Shown here in pieces: positions 21,725 to 31,746 of a stretch of 64,000 nt of DNA. Within the stretch, counting starts at the first letter, position 1, and each line of letters begins with the position of its first letter. Position numbers and translations under genes: made by a program. Below the pieces are notes generated by a model. That model was not told where the DNA came from, searched no databases, and worked only from the letters and a program-made list of their open reading frames with translations. The stretch lies in NCBI GenBank assembly GCA_027459725.1, contig DAIDHK010000005.1, positions 17,612-81,611 of the forward strand, given 5' to 3'. The DNA comes from Candidatus Levyibacteriota bacterium (GTDB lineage Bacteria; Patescibacteriota; Microgenomatia; Levybacterales; UBA12049).

Positions 21725-23410
21725 TTAAACTACTCTTGCATCTTTTAACTTCAACTGTAACTCAACACTTCCATTCCAATGATTTTCATCAAGGGAATAA
21801 GCAATATCTATTTTATCGCCGATAGTAAGTGATTCGGACAACTCCCCCATCCCAAATCCAATCGCCTCAAGAGTACCCACTCCATCATTGGATAAGCGTA
21901 GTTTAAGATGATTTTTGTCTTTACCCAAAAGCTTCATATCTTCTACATAAACCCCCTTCGTTATAAAAACAGGTTCTGGATTTTCCATACCAAAGGGTGC
22001 TAATTGCTGTATTGCGTCAAACAAATTAAGAGAAAGATAGCCAAAAGGCAAAGTCAAATCCACTTTGAGCGTTCTTTGCAATAAACTCTGTGTAATCATC
22101 TCTTGCGCCAAATCTTCCATTTGTTTTTGTAAACCGCTCATATTCTCCAGTGAGACAGTAAATCCGGCCGCCATTTTATGACCTCCGACATTGATATACA
22201 TATCGGAAAATCGACGCAAAAAGTCTATTATGTTCACCCCGGGAATTGACCTAACAGATGCTTTGGCACTCTTATCACCAATAGATAAAACAATCGCCGG
22301 ACGATAAAACTCTTCAACCAGCTTTCCTGCTACTAATCCAATTACCCCGGGATTATATGTTTCATGGCCAGTAATAATTATCTTTTTACTATGTAAATTC
22401 TTAGATTTGATAGTTTCTAATGCGTGCTGAACAGTTTTTTTCGTCAATTCCTGACGTTCACGATTGGTTTGCCCCAGCTTTGCCGCTAGAGAATAGGCGC
22501 GGGTACTGTTATGTGTACATAACAAGCGCAGACTATCCATCGCACTTTCTATTCGACCGGCCGCATTCAATCTTGGTCCAATAATAAAACCGACCTCATA
22601 TGTCCCAATCTTTTGTGGATTAACACCTGCCTCTTCAAATATCGCCTTGAGTCCTGACCTTTGAGTATTTTTTAGATTATCCATACCTGCCTTTACAATA
22701 GTCCGATTCGCCCCTGTCAATGGCACAAGATCTGCAATTGTTCCTAGTACTGCCAATTCCAGATGTGTGTCTTTATCTATCTCATACTTTTTTGAAGCAA
22801 AAGTAATATTTAGTTCTTTGCTTAACAACCAAGCCACTCCCGCTCCACAAAGTTTAGTAGTATGCACAATTGCTAAAGCCTTTGGTCTTTTCTCATCATC
22901 CTCGGGCATATGATGATCCGTGATAATAACGTCAATGCCTAATTTGTTAGCATAGTCTACTGCTTCGTTTGCCACTATACCATTATCAACAGTGATAATT
23001 AATTTAAGATCGCTATTTTGTTTTTTAACATTATCGATACCTTTTATTGATAGACCATAGCCTTCTTCAACCCTGTGAGGAATGTATGGCATAACTAAAA
23101 AACCAAGCGCATTAAGAGTTTCCCATAAAATAGCACTACCTGTAATACCATCCACATCATAATCACCAAAAACAATTATTTTTTCTTTTTGAGTAAACGC
23201 TTTTTGCAAACGGACTAGTGTTTTTTTTAATTCTTCAGCATCTATCTGAACAGATTTTGGAGTCACTTTATTTATATCAGGATGTAAAAATTCTTCTCTA
23301 TCTTTTTCTGAACTAATTCCTCTATTCAGCAATAAAATGTTTATCAATTCAGAGAATTGTCCATCGTTAATTTGTAAATTATCATTACTCTTTAATTCCC
23401 ATTTTTTCAT
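21725..23410 (-). CDS. recJ: Single-stranded-DNA-specific exonuclease RecJ
   Basis: DHH family motifs (IVFGDYDVDGITG, VIITDHH) and DHHA1 GGH motif (NVGGHKMAAGF); 561 aa. Confidence 0.88.
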   Translation of the reverse strand: MKKWELKSNDNLQINDGQFSELINILLLNRGISSEKDREEFLHPDINKVTPKSVQIDAEELKKTLVRLQKAFTQKEKIIVFGDYDVDGITGSAILWETLNALGFLVMPYIPHRVEEGYGLSIKGIDNVKKQNSDLKLIITVDNGIVANEAVDYANKLGIDVIITDHHMPEDDEKRPKALAIVHTTKLCGAGVAWLLSKELNITFASKKYEIDKDTHLELAVLGTIADLVPLTGANRTIVKAGMDNLKNTQRSGLKAIFEEAGVNPQKIGTYEVGFIIGPRLNAAGRIESAMDSLRLLCTHNSTRAYSLAAKLGQTNRERQELTKKTVQHALETIKSKNLHSKKIIITGHETYNPGVIGLVAGKLVEEFYRPAIVLSIGDKSAKASVRSIPGVNIIDFLRRFSDMYINVGGHKMAAGFTVSLENMSGLQKQMEDLAQEMITQSLLQRTLKVDLTLPFGYLSLNLFDAIQQLAPFGMENPEPVFITKGVYVEDMKLLGKDKNHLKLRLSNDGVGTLEAIGFGMGELSESLTIGDKIDIAYSLDENHWNGSVELQLKLKDARVV

Positions 23411-23462
23411 ACAACTAGAAGCTCAAGACGACCTGCCTGCAGCATGCTATACTATAGCAGAT

Positions 23463-24860
23463 ATGCACGAAAATATACCAGCAAATATAAGAGAAATATT
23501 TAGTAAAATAAAGAATTCGGGTTATGAAATCTATTTAGTAGGTGGAAGCGTAAGAGATCTTTTGCTTAAAAGAACCATAACTGACTGGGATTTTACTACC
23601 AATGCTACACCAGATCAGATCCTAGAAATTTTTCCTGAAGCATTTTATGATAACCAATTTGGAACCGTTGGGATACCACTTGAAGACCCTCAAACTAGCC
23701 AAAAATTCGTAATGGAGGTAACAACTTTTCGCACAGAAAACGGCTATTCAGATAATCGTCATCCTGAAAATGTGCAGTGGGGCAAAAGTCTGCAAGAAGA
23801 TGTCACCAGACGTGACTTTACCATCAACGCCCTGGCTTTGGATATTACAAAAGACGAAATTATTGATCTGGTTAATGGTCGGGAAGATTTAAAAAACAGA
23901 ATTATCAGAACTGTAGGTAATCCTGATGAAAGATTCAAAGAAGACGCACTCAGGTTAATCAGAGCTATTCGCTTTGCAACTCAACTGGGTTTTCAAATTG
24001 AAGAGCATACGTTGTTATCTATAAAAAACGATGCCAATCTTTTACAGAACATCTCTCAAGAAAGAATACGTGATGAGTTACTAAAAATAATTGGAAGTGA
24101 GTATCCTTATGAAGGGTTACTCTTATTAAAAAACACTGGACTGCTGGAATACATTCTGCCGGAACTTTTGGAAGGAAAAGACATTTCTATGGTTAGACCA
24201 GGACGCCATCACACAACAGATGTGTTCGAACATAATTTATTAGCACTTAGATACTGTCCATCTAAAGACCCTATCGTCAGACTGGCGTCGTTAATACACG
24301 ATATTGCAAAACCAAGGGTAAGAGGAGAAGACGAAAATGGTTTGGTAATTTTTCATAATCATGAACTGGTTGGAGCACGAATGGCAGGAGATATAGCAGA
24401 TAGATTAAGACTGTCAAAAAAGCAAAAAGAGAAAATTGTTAATCTCGTACGTTGGCATATGTTTACAGTAGATGAGAATATTACTGATGCGGCTGTCAGG
24501 CGTTTCATTCGACGCATAGGGGTAGAAAATGTAAAAGATATTATTGATGTGCGCATAGCAGATCGATTAGGCAGCGGAACAAAAACGGCTGAATCCTGGA
24601 GACTGATTGAATTTAAAAAAAGAATTGAAGAACAGTTATCTCCGTCTCCTTTTTCTATCAAAGATCTCGCCATTGATGGTAATGACATTATGAATGAATT
24701 AAATCTACCGCCTGGTAAAAAAATTGGCGATATTCTACAAAAACTATTTGAGGAGGTAGATGAGGACTTGAGTAAAAATACCAGAGAATATCTACTAAAA
24801 CGTATAAAGGATGAAGAATATGAACAAACATCTTTATCAAATGATAAAATTCCTCATTAG
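23463..24860 (+). CDS. cca: CCA-adding tRNA nucleotidyltransferase / poly(A) polymerase family with HD domain
   Basis: Pol-beta NTase head IYLVGGSVRDLLL ... DWDFTT; RxxRxxRF-like LRLIRAIRFATQLGF; HD domain (LIHDIAKP). The start was chosen at the internal Met at 23463 to avoid overlapping recJ; the ORF opens at 23337. Confidence 0.85.
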   Translation: MHENIPANIREIFSKIKNSGYEIYLVGGSVRDLLLKRTITDWDFTTNATPDQILEIFPEAFYDNQFGTVGIPLEDPQTSQKFVMEVTTFRTENGYSDNRHPENVQWGKSLQEDVTRRDFTINALALDITKDEIIDLVNGREDLKNRIIRTVGNPDERFKEDALRLIRAIRFATQLGFQIEEHTLLSIKNDANLLQNISQERIRDELLKIIGSEYPYEGLLLLKNTGLLEYILPELLEGKDISMVRPGRHHTTDVFEHNLLALRYCPSKDPIVRLASLIHDIAKPRVRGEDENGLVIFHNHELVGARMAGDIADRLRLSKKQKEKIVNLVRWHMFTVDENITDAAVRRFIRRIGVENVKDIIDVRIADRLGSGTKTAESWRLIEFKKRIEEQLSPSPFSIKDLAIDGNDIMNELNLPPGKKIGDILQKLFEEVDEDLSKNTREYLLKRIKDEEYEQTSLSNDKIPH

Positions 24861-25037
24861 ATTTCACTTGACAGATTTCACAGCTGTCACTACAATAACA
24901 GAACTGCCGAATACACTTATGCAAAGAATTTATTTAGTTTTGACGAACACGCAAACAGGCGAATAATACTGACCCTCCCGCTAAACGACTAAACTTCTTA
25001 ATTTTTCGTGTACCAGTTTTTGGCAAGTAACTTTACT

Positions 25038-25958
25038 ATGAGAGTTTTAGAGGTGAAAAACCTGACTAAAAAATTTGGCACATTTACTGCAGTGAATAAT
25101 ATTTCCTTTTCGGTTGAGGAAGGTGAGATATTGGGCTTATTAGGCATTAACGGAGCTGGTAAGACTACAACCTTACAAATGCTTTTAGGCGTAATGACAC
25201 CCACCAGTGGAGAAGTAAACTATTTTGGCATGGACTTAAAACATCATCGTGAAGAAATCCTGGAAAAAGTTAATTTTTCCTCAACCTATACTAATCTTCC
25301 CTGGGTATTAAATGTACAAGAAAGTTTAACTTTTATCTCATATTTATATAATCTTAAAAATAGAAAAAAACGTGTCGAAGATATAATGAAAACATTTCAG
25401 CTGACACAGTTAGCAAAAAAGTTAAACAGCCAATTATCTGCGGGCCAAAGAACTAGAGTTAATTTAGCCAAATCAATGCTGAATTATCCGAAAGTTTTAT
25501 TGCTGGATGAACCAACAGCATCTTTAGATCCGGAGGTAGCTAAATATATACGCGACTTCTTAGTTGAACAAAGAGCTAGATATGGTATGTCTATTATCAT
25601 CACATCACATAATATGAATGAGGTCGAGGAAATATGTGACAGAGTAGTATTTATCAACCAGGGTAAGATAATAGCTGATGATACACCCTTGGCATTGACA
25701 AAAACCTTACAAATTAGTCAGATTTCATTAGTGATAATTGAAGGACAAAAACAATTAAAAGAATGTGCAAAACGACAAAATATTGATATGACAACTGAAG
25801 GAATATTTACACATATTACCATTAAGGAAACTGATGTAGCCAATTTTTTATATCAAATTATGCAGGAAGGTGTGCGATATAGCGAGATTAGTATTATTAA
25901 ACCAAATTTGGAAGATTATTTTTTGTCAGTGGCAACCAAAACAAAGGAGGATAAATAA
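25038..25958 (+). CDS. ABC transporter ATP-binding protein (ABC-2 type)
   Basis: Walker A GINGAGKTT, signature LSAGQRTRV, Walker B VLLLDEPT, H-loop TSHNM. The start was taken at MRVLEVKNL. Confidence 0.85.
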   Translation: MRVLEVKNLTKKFGTFTAVNNISFSVEEGEILGLLGINGAGKTTTLQMLLGVMTPTSGEVNYFGMDLKHHREEILEKVNFSSTYTNLPWVLNVQESLTFISYLYNLKNRKKRVEDIMKTFQLTQLAKKLNSQLSAGQRTRVNLAKSMLNYPKVLLLDEPTASLDPEVAKYIRDFLVEQRARYGMSIIITSHNMNEVEEICDRVVFINQGKIIADDTPLALTKTLQISQISLVIIEGQKQLKECAKRQNIDMTTEGIFTHITIKETDVANFLYQIMQEGVRYSEISIIKPNLEDYFLSVATKTKEDK

Positions 25959-25959
25959 C

Positions 25960-26745
25960 ATGAAACTGCATAGAGTTTATGCCATTATATTAAGATATTT
26001 GTTTGCATTCCGCCGAAGCTATGACAGAGTTGCAGATACTTTTTATTGGCCTTTAATTGATTTGTTTTTGTGGGGATTAACCAGCGCTTATTTCAGTGCC
26101 ACCTCACATGTAGGAACAAGTTTCATAGTAACCGTTATCTCCGGTGTTTTGCTGTGGATAATAGTCTGGCGTGCACAATATGAGATTTCTGTGGGATTAT
26201 TAACCGATTTATGGGATCGCAATCTGATAAATATTTTTATCTCCCCAATTTCATTTTCAGAATGGCTGACGTCGTTTATTATTTTAGGTGTTATAAAAGG
26301 AGTCGCGAGTCTGGCGTTTGCTGCGACTATTGCATACTTCATGTATCATGTACAAATTTTGATGTACGGATTATATCTATTACCCTTTTTTGTACTGTTA
26401 CTTTTAAATGGTTGGTGGATAGGATTTTTTGTAGCTGGTCTGATAATTAGATATGGAACTAAAATTCAGACTTTAGCCTGGACAGTTGCCGGTCTGGTTA
26501 TACCTTTTTCTGGTGTGTTTTATCCAATTTCTATCCTGCCTCAGTGGGCTCAAAATGTTTCCTGGTTATTACCCACCAGTTATATATTTGAAGACGCCAG
26601 ACAATTTGCTCTTCATGGAACAATTAATTTAAATAATTTAGGATTAAGCCTTTTAATGAGCATTGTGTATGTTACTGCCTCATTATGGTTCATTCGCACA
26701 GGTATGAATAAAATTTTGCAGAAAGGACTGGTAAATTTAGAATAA
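25960..26745 (+). CDS. ABC-2 family transporter permease
   Basis: 6-TM protein immediately following the ATPase gene. The start was taken at MKLHRVYAII, 1 nt after the ATPase stop. Confidence 0.7.
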   Translation: MKLHRVYAIILRYLFAFRRSYDRVADTFYWPLIDLFLWGLTSAYFSATSHVGTSFIVTVISGVLLWIIVWRAQYEISVGLLTDLWDRNLINIFISPISFSEWLTSFIILGVIKGVASLAFAATIAYFMYHVQILMYGLYLLPFFVLLLLNGWWIGFFVAGLIIRYGTKIQTLAWTVAGLVIPFSGVFYPISILPQWAQNVSWLLPTSYIFEDARQFALHGTINLNNLGLSLLMSIVYVTASLWFIRTGMNKILQKGLVNLE

Positions 26746-26791
26746 CATTTTTACTTTGCAATGTTAACCAGGTGTAGTATATAATCACGTT

Positions 26792-27244
26792 ATGACCAAG
26801 AAGGATTTACAACAACAACTCAAAGAGTCAATGTTGGCTAAAAATGCTGAAAAAACCTCAGTACTGCGCATGCTTATTTCATCCATCACCTATTATGAAA
26901 TTCAAAAGGGGGGAGCAGGATATGAAGCGAATGATGAAGACGTCCTAACCGTTATCCAAAAAGAAGCCAAACAAAGAAAAGACTCGATCACAGAATATCA
27001 AAAAGCCAACCGCCAGGACCTGGTTGACAAAGAAACGAGTGAACTGGCAATGCTGCAGGAATATTTACCTAAACAACTTAATGAAGAAGAAATCAAAGCA
27101 ATGGTAAAAGATGCTATTCAAAAAACCGGTGCAAGTAGCATCCAGGAATTAGGTAAAGTAATGGGGACCTTAGTACCTCTTACCAAAGGCAAAGCCGATG
27201 GTGCCATTGTCAGTCGCATTGTTAAGGAAGAGCTAAGTAAATAA
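26792..27244 (+). CDS. GatB/YqeY domain protein
   Basis: 150 aa; N-terminus LQQQLKESMLAKNAEKTSVLRML and C-terminal GKADGAIVSRIVKEEL are typical of the YqeY family. Confidence 0.65.
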   Translation: MTKKDLQQQLKESMLAKNAEKTSVLRMLISSITYYEIQKGGAGYEANDEDVLTVIQKEAKQRKDSITEYQKANRQDLVDKETSELAMLQEYLPKQLNEEEIKAMVKDAIQKTGASSIQELGKVMGTLVPLTKGKADGAIVSRIVKEELSK

Positions 27245-27805
27245 ATGCTTTACTTTATCACCGGTAATAAACATAAAATTGAAACCGCTAAAATTGAATT
27301 AGATAAACAGAATATTCCGTTTGCCAGCAAAAACCTTGCTTTAACCGAAATACAATCATATTCTATAGAAGAAATAGCCCTACATAAAGCAAAGCAGGCT
27401 TTTGAAATGTTACATCAACCTCTAATTGTCAAAGATGATGGTTGGTTCATAAGCTCTCTTAATGGATTCCCCGGAGCATATATGAAATATGTTAATGATT
27501 GGTTTAGTGCACAAGATTTTCTTTTATTAATGCAAAATAGAACGGATAGAACTATAACACTTCATGAAGTGCTATGTTATATTGATGACAAGCATGTTCA
27601 GACTTTCTCAGCTGATATTAAAGGTACTTTTTTGGACCGCATAGAAGGAGAAGATATCCCAAGTAATCAAGTAGTTACTTTGCGCAAGGATAAAAAAAGC
27701 ATTGCCTTAGCGAGAAATGAAGGGCTATTACTTTATGATAGTGAAATTAACGAAAGAGCTTGGCAAGCTTTTGCCAAATGGTATAAAGAGAATCTGAAAA
27801 AATAA
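27245..27805 (+). CDS. Non-canonical purine NTP pyrophosphatase (Ham1/RdgB family)
   Basis: N-terminal FITGNKHKIETAK motif (TGNxxK) of Ham1-like ITPases. Start codon directly abuts the upstream stop. Confidence 0.6.
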   Translation: MLYFITGNKHKIETAKIELDKQNIPFASKNLALTEIQSYSIEEIALHKAKQAFEMLHQPLIVKDDGWFISSLNGFPGAYMKYVNDWFSAQDFLLLMQNRTDRTITLHEVLCYIDDKHVQTFSADIKGTFLDRIEGEDIPSNQVVTLRKDKKSIALARNEGLLLYDSEINERAWQAFAKWYKENLKK

Positions 27806-27806
27806 G

Positions 27807-28262
27807 CTACCACCAGTTCTTATAATTCTCTTCGTAATCTTTCTTATCCAAATTTATGTTTGTCATAATACCAATTGCCTCACCATTTTCTTTTTCATAT
27901 CGTTTTATTTCAACAATACAACGCATTTTACCTTTACCCGTTTCTATAATTAACATTCTAAATTCTTCATTACAAATAACATTGGTTATATCTCTAAAAA
28001 GCATGGTATTTGCCGCCAGGGAAGAGTTGTCTCTCGTCCAATAATCAATACTTACATATTTTGAATTTTTAGACATACTTAAGTACATTTGATAATTCTC
28101 ATTCTTGGCTAAATAAAAAACGAATAAGTCTTTACTTATAAGTTCTTTCTCAGTATTTGGATCTTTATATTTAGCATATTCCCACTCAATTTCTAAAATA
28201 TCTGCAATATGCGCTGGATCTATATTACCCGTCATAATATGCACTGGTTTAGTTTGGCTCAT
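27807..28262 (-). CDS. Hypothetical protein (151 aa)
   Basis: ORF only; immediately downstream of the disrupted NUDIX gene on the same strand. Confidence 0.4.
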   Translation of the reverse strand: MSQTKPVHIMTGNIDPAHIADILEIEWEYAKYKDPNTEKELISKDLFVFYLAKNENYQMYLSMSKNSKYVSIDYWTRDNSSLAANTMLFRDITNVICNEEFRMLIIETGKGKMRCIVEIKRYEKENGEAIGIMTNINLDKKDYEENYKNWW

Positions 28263-28263
28263 A

Positions 28264-28691
28264 TTAATACTCCACTTCTTCTTTAGCTAGATTTATTATT
28301 AAATCCATATCCGGTAAACCTGCAAGATTTTTTATATCATCAATATTAAACCATTTAATATCTGCCACATGATGATCTCTTTTGGCCGGCTGTCCTTCTC
28401 TGATTAAATTACATAAAAATACGAAGCAAAAAGTCTGCAGCATGCCCCAATCATATTCCCAATAGTTAACTCCAGAATAGGGCAACAATTTCCAACTTCA
28501 ATTTCCCTGCTTGTTTCTACCATAAACTCTCTTTTAACTGCATCTGTTGGTTTCTCGCCAAAATCGCATATACCACCCGGAAATTCCCATTTTAAATGAG
28601 CCTGAGGACATTCTATTTCATCTCTTTGTGATAAAAGCACTTTTCCCTGGTTCAATAAAACTCCTGAAAAAACAGTAATTTGTTTGTTCAT
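28264..28691 (-). pseudogene. NUDIX (MutT-like) hydrolase split by a frameshift
   Basis: The N-terminal part (28404-28691) carries a Nudix box GGICDFGEKPTDAVKREFMVETSREI. The C-terminal part continues in another frame (28264-28488); the two overlap at 28404-28488. Confidence 0.45.
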
Positions 28692-28727
28692 AAAATGAAT
28701 AAGCCTATTATTGACTAATTGAGGATA

Positions 28728-29648
28728 TTATTTTTTATTTGCTCTTCTCTTATCATCCCATTCCTGCCAGAGTACCAAAAGAGGCGCTGCGTTAAAGATT
28801 GAAGAATAGGTTCCACTGATGATTCCTATTAATAATGCTACTACAAACCATCTTATAGAATCTCCACCGAAAAATAGCAGTGTTGCTAAAACCAAAATAG
28901 CGGTTAAGGACGTATTTAAGGATCTTGAGAACGTTTGAACAATCGAGTCGTTTACAACATTTGCAAATTTTTGTCCACTGCCACCTTTTATTAAATTTTC
29001 GCGGATTCTGTCAAAAACCACAATAGTATCATGTACTGAAAAACCGATAACTGTTAATACCGCTGTCACAAAAAGACTATCAACCTGAATCTGAAAAAAG
29101 TGTCCAAAGATAGAAAATAGACCAACCAATACTAAAACGTCATGGATCAAAGCAATAATCGCACAAATTCCAAAACGCCAGGAACGAGCCGGACGGGGGA
29201 CTTTACGAAAAGATAAAGCTATATATAAAACAATTAGAATCGAAGCCGCGATAATAGCTTTAAACGCATTAGTGGTAATTTCAGAACCGATTATTGGACC
29301 AATCGTTTCAAATGAACCCTGTTTTATGTAAGGACCAAACTGTAACAGTAATTTCCTCATTAACTGAGTATTTTGGATATTATCCAATGGTATTGTTTGA
29401 ACTGTCAATTCATTGGGTGCAGTTTGCTGCAAACTATAAATTGGCATTTTCGCCTCAGAAAAACTCTTTCGAACATCTGAGTAAGTGCTACTGTTTACGG
29501 GCTGTTGAAAATCATAAGCTACTACTGACCCTCCGGTAAAATCAATTCCTAAATCAAGCTTCCATAAGATAAGAGAAACAATCCCGGGTACAATAATTAA
29601 TAGAGAAAAAATAAAATACCAAATTTTATGTTTTATAATATTTCTCAT
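28728..29648 (-). CDS. secF: Protein translocase subunit SecF
   Basis: 306 aa, 6 TM, SecD/SecF C-terminal domain pattern. Directly downstream of secD. Confidence 0.85.
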   Translation of the reverse strand: MRNIIKHKIWYFIFSLLIIVPGIVSLILWKLDLGIDFTGGSVVAYDFQQPVNSSTYSDVRKSFSEAKMPIYSLQQTAPNELTVQTIPLDNIQNTQLMRKLLLQFGPYIKQGSFETIGPIIGSEITTNAFKAIIAASILIVLYIALSFRKVPRPARSWRFGICAIIALIHDVLVLVGLFSIFGHFFQIQVDSLFVTAVLTVIGFSVHDTIVVFDRIRENLIKGGSGQKFANVVNDSIVQTFSRSLNTSLTAILVLATLLFFGGDSIRWFVVALLIGIISGTYSSIFNAAPLLVLWQEWDDKRRANKK

Positions 29649-29653
29649 AACTT

Positions 29654-31051
29654 TTATTTTTTATAAAATGCATGTAATAAAGTTCTCGTCACTACAACTG
29701 CTGAAAACAACGATACAATGACCCCTATAAACAGAGTCAGGGCAAATCCTTTAATAATGCTGGTACCGAAATAATAAAGAATCAAACTGGTAATAATACT
29801 AGCAGCATTGGAATCACGAATGGAAGTCCAGGCTCTGGCAAATCCCAACTCAAGTGATCTTTGGGGACTATGTCCCCTCCTTAATTCTTCCCTGCTACGT
29901 TCAAAAATCAGAATATTAGCATCAACTGCAATACCTATAGAAAGAATAAAACCGGCAATTCCTGCCAGAGTCAAGGTTACAGGAATTAATCTAAATACGC
30001 CCAGTACTATTAGTGTGTACAATACCAGTGCCACACTGGCAATAACTCCCAGCCTACCATACAAACCGATCATAAATACAATAATAATCATAAAGCCCAA
30101 AATTCCAGCAAACATACTCTTATCCAATGACTGTTGACCTAACGTTGCCCCAACCGCCTGTTGCTGCAAAATAGTTAAAGGTACCGGCAAAGCACCGGCA
30201 TCCAACTGGATCGCCAGCTGTTTGGCCTGGTCTGTGGTAAAATTACCTGAGATTTGTGCACTACCGTTAGGAATAACTGCACTTACTGTGGGTGCACTGA
30301 CTAGAACATTATCCAAAACAATTGCCACACTTTTGCCAATATTTCTTTTAGTAATATCTGCAAATTTTTTTGTTCCATCAGCTGTAAATTGCAATAACAC
30401 GTCAGGAGCACCAGTTTGAGAGTCAAAACCAACAGATGCAGATTTGAGATCTTTCCCTGTTAAATTAGTTTCTTTGGCATTAGGACCCAAAAACTGCGTA
30501 ACACCATATGGCAAGTTTGCAGAAGGTGTTGCAACTTTGGTAGTAGCTGAGCTACTTGCGCCTTCTTCCCAAAAAGTTAGCTGAGCAGTTTGACCGACTA
30601 ATTGCGCCGCCTGGTTGACATCAGTTACTCCAGGTATTTCCACAATAATACGATAACTATTGCCCACTCTGGCTGTTTGAACAACTGGTTCTGATACACC
30701 ATAGAAATTAATTCTTCTTTCAATTACAGTTTGAGCAGCCTGTAAGGCGTTATCCCTTTGATCCACAGGAATATTTTTCATATCAGCTTGCAATGTAAGA
30801 CTGGTTCCACCCTGAAGATCAAGTCCTTTATGCAAAGGATAAGAGGCTTGGATATGTGCTAGATTGAGCAGATTAGTCAGATTGGGTAAAACTAAAGTGT
30901 GATTTACAGTAAGCTTTTTCTGATGATTTAAAAAGGGGAAAACCTGATTTACATCGAAAGGTACGGTAATTTGTGATGGTAGATTAATCAAAATCGCAAA
31001 TAAAGCAACAATGATAATCAAAGCAGTCATCCAGGGTGATGTACGCTTCAT
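29654..31051 (-). CDS. secD: Protein translocase subunit SecD
   Basis: 465 aa with an N-terminal TM, a large periplasmic domain and a C-terminal 5-TM bundle (GIAGFILSIGIAVDANILIFER). Confidence 0.85.
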   Translation of the reverse strand: MKRTSPWMTALIIIVALFAILINLPSQITVPFDVNQVFPFLNHQKKLTVNHTLVLPNLTNLLNLAHIQASYPLHKGLDLQGGTSLTLQADMKNIPVDQRDNALQAAQTVIERRINFYGVSEPVVQTARVGNSYRIIVEIPGVTDVNQAAQLVGQTAQLTFWEEGASSSATTKVATPSANLPYGVTQFLGPNAKETNLTGKDLKSASVGFDSQTGAPDVLLQFTADGTKKFADITKRNIGKSVAIVLDNVLVSAPTVSAVIPNGSAQISGNFTTDQAKQLAIQLDAGALPVPLTILQQQAVGATLGQQSLDKSMFAGILGFMIIIVFMIGLYGRLGVIASVALVLYTLIVLGVFRLIPVTLTLAGIAGFILSIGIAVDANILIFERSREELRRGHSPQRSLELGFARAWTSIRDSNAASIITSLILYYFGTSIIKGFALTLFIGVIVSLFSAVVVTRTLLHAFYKK

Positions 31052-31623
31052 GCGAGTAAAGCCTCCTCATCGCCGATGAGCATAACACGAGTTCCGGACA
31101 AGATACCGGTGATGAATGGATCTTTACGCTGTTTACGAAAAATAAATTCTTCTTCTGTCATAGCAGTATAATTAATTTCTCTACTCAATCTTTGCTCTTC
31201 CGTTCTGACTAATAATGCAAGTTCGGGTAATACTACTGTCCCTACAACCAGGAAATCTACGTGGTCCTGTGACATTTGATTTCGTCGTATAAAACGACCA
31301 CTAAACATTGCATACTTTATTTTACCTAGTTTAGCGCGATTAGCAAGAACTTCTTTTCCTAAACCAAGAGTTTTAGCTCCCATTGCCAGCAAATCATAAT
31401 AATAGGGATAGTCTTTTGATAGTTCGTAATAGACCCTATTGGCACGAGGCTCCTTGTTTAAAATCCCATGTTTCTCTAAAAATTGAAGTTCACGCCGAAC
31501 GGCATTTATTTCATCACCTGTTTGACGAACGCACTCACGTACATGAAACATTTCATGTGGATGGTTCAGAAAAAAATCAAGAAGAATTACACGTGATTTG
31601 GAAGTAATAAGATCTCTAAACAT
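31048..31623 (-). CDS. Winged-helix (HTH) domain protein, translationally coupled to secD
   Basis: 191 aa. N-terminal wHTH-like segment VRECVRQTGDEINAVRRELQFLEKHGIL. Its stop overlaps the secD start by 4 nt. Confidence 0.45.
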   Translation of the reverse strand: MFRDLITSKSRVILLDFFLNHPHEMFHVRECVRQTGDEINAVRRELQFLEKHGILNKEPRANRVYYELSKDYPYYYDLLAMGAKTLGLGKEVLANRAKLGKIKYAMFSGRFIRRNQMSQDHVDFLVVGTVVLPELALLVRTEEQRLSREINYTAMTEEEFIFRKQRKDPFITGILSGTRVMLIGDEEALLA

Positions 31624-31746
31624 AATTCAAATGAGCAGTATAATTTTTCTAACTAGTAAATACTAAATATTACTAATTGTGCACATTATATACCCTAATT
31701 TTAAATTTGTGAAGATACAACAGATACTTAAATGGGTTTTAATTTA

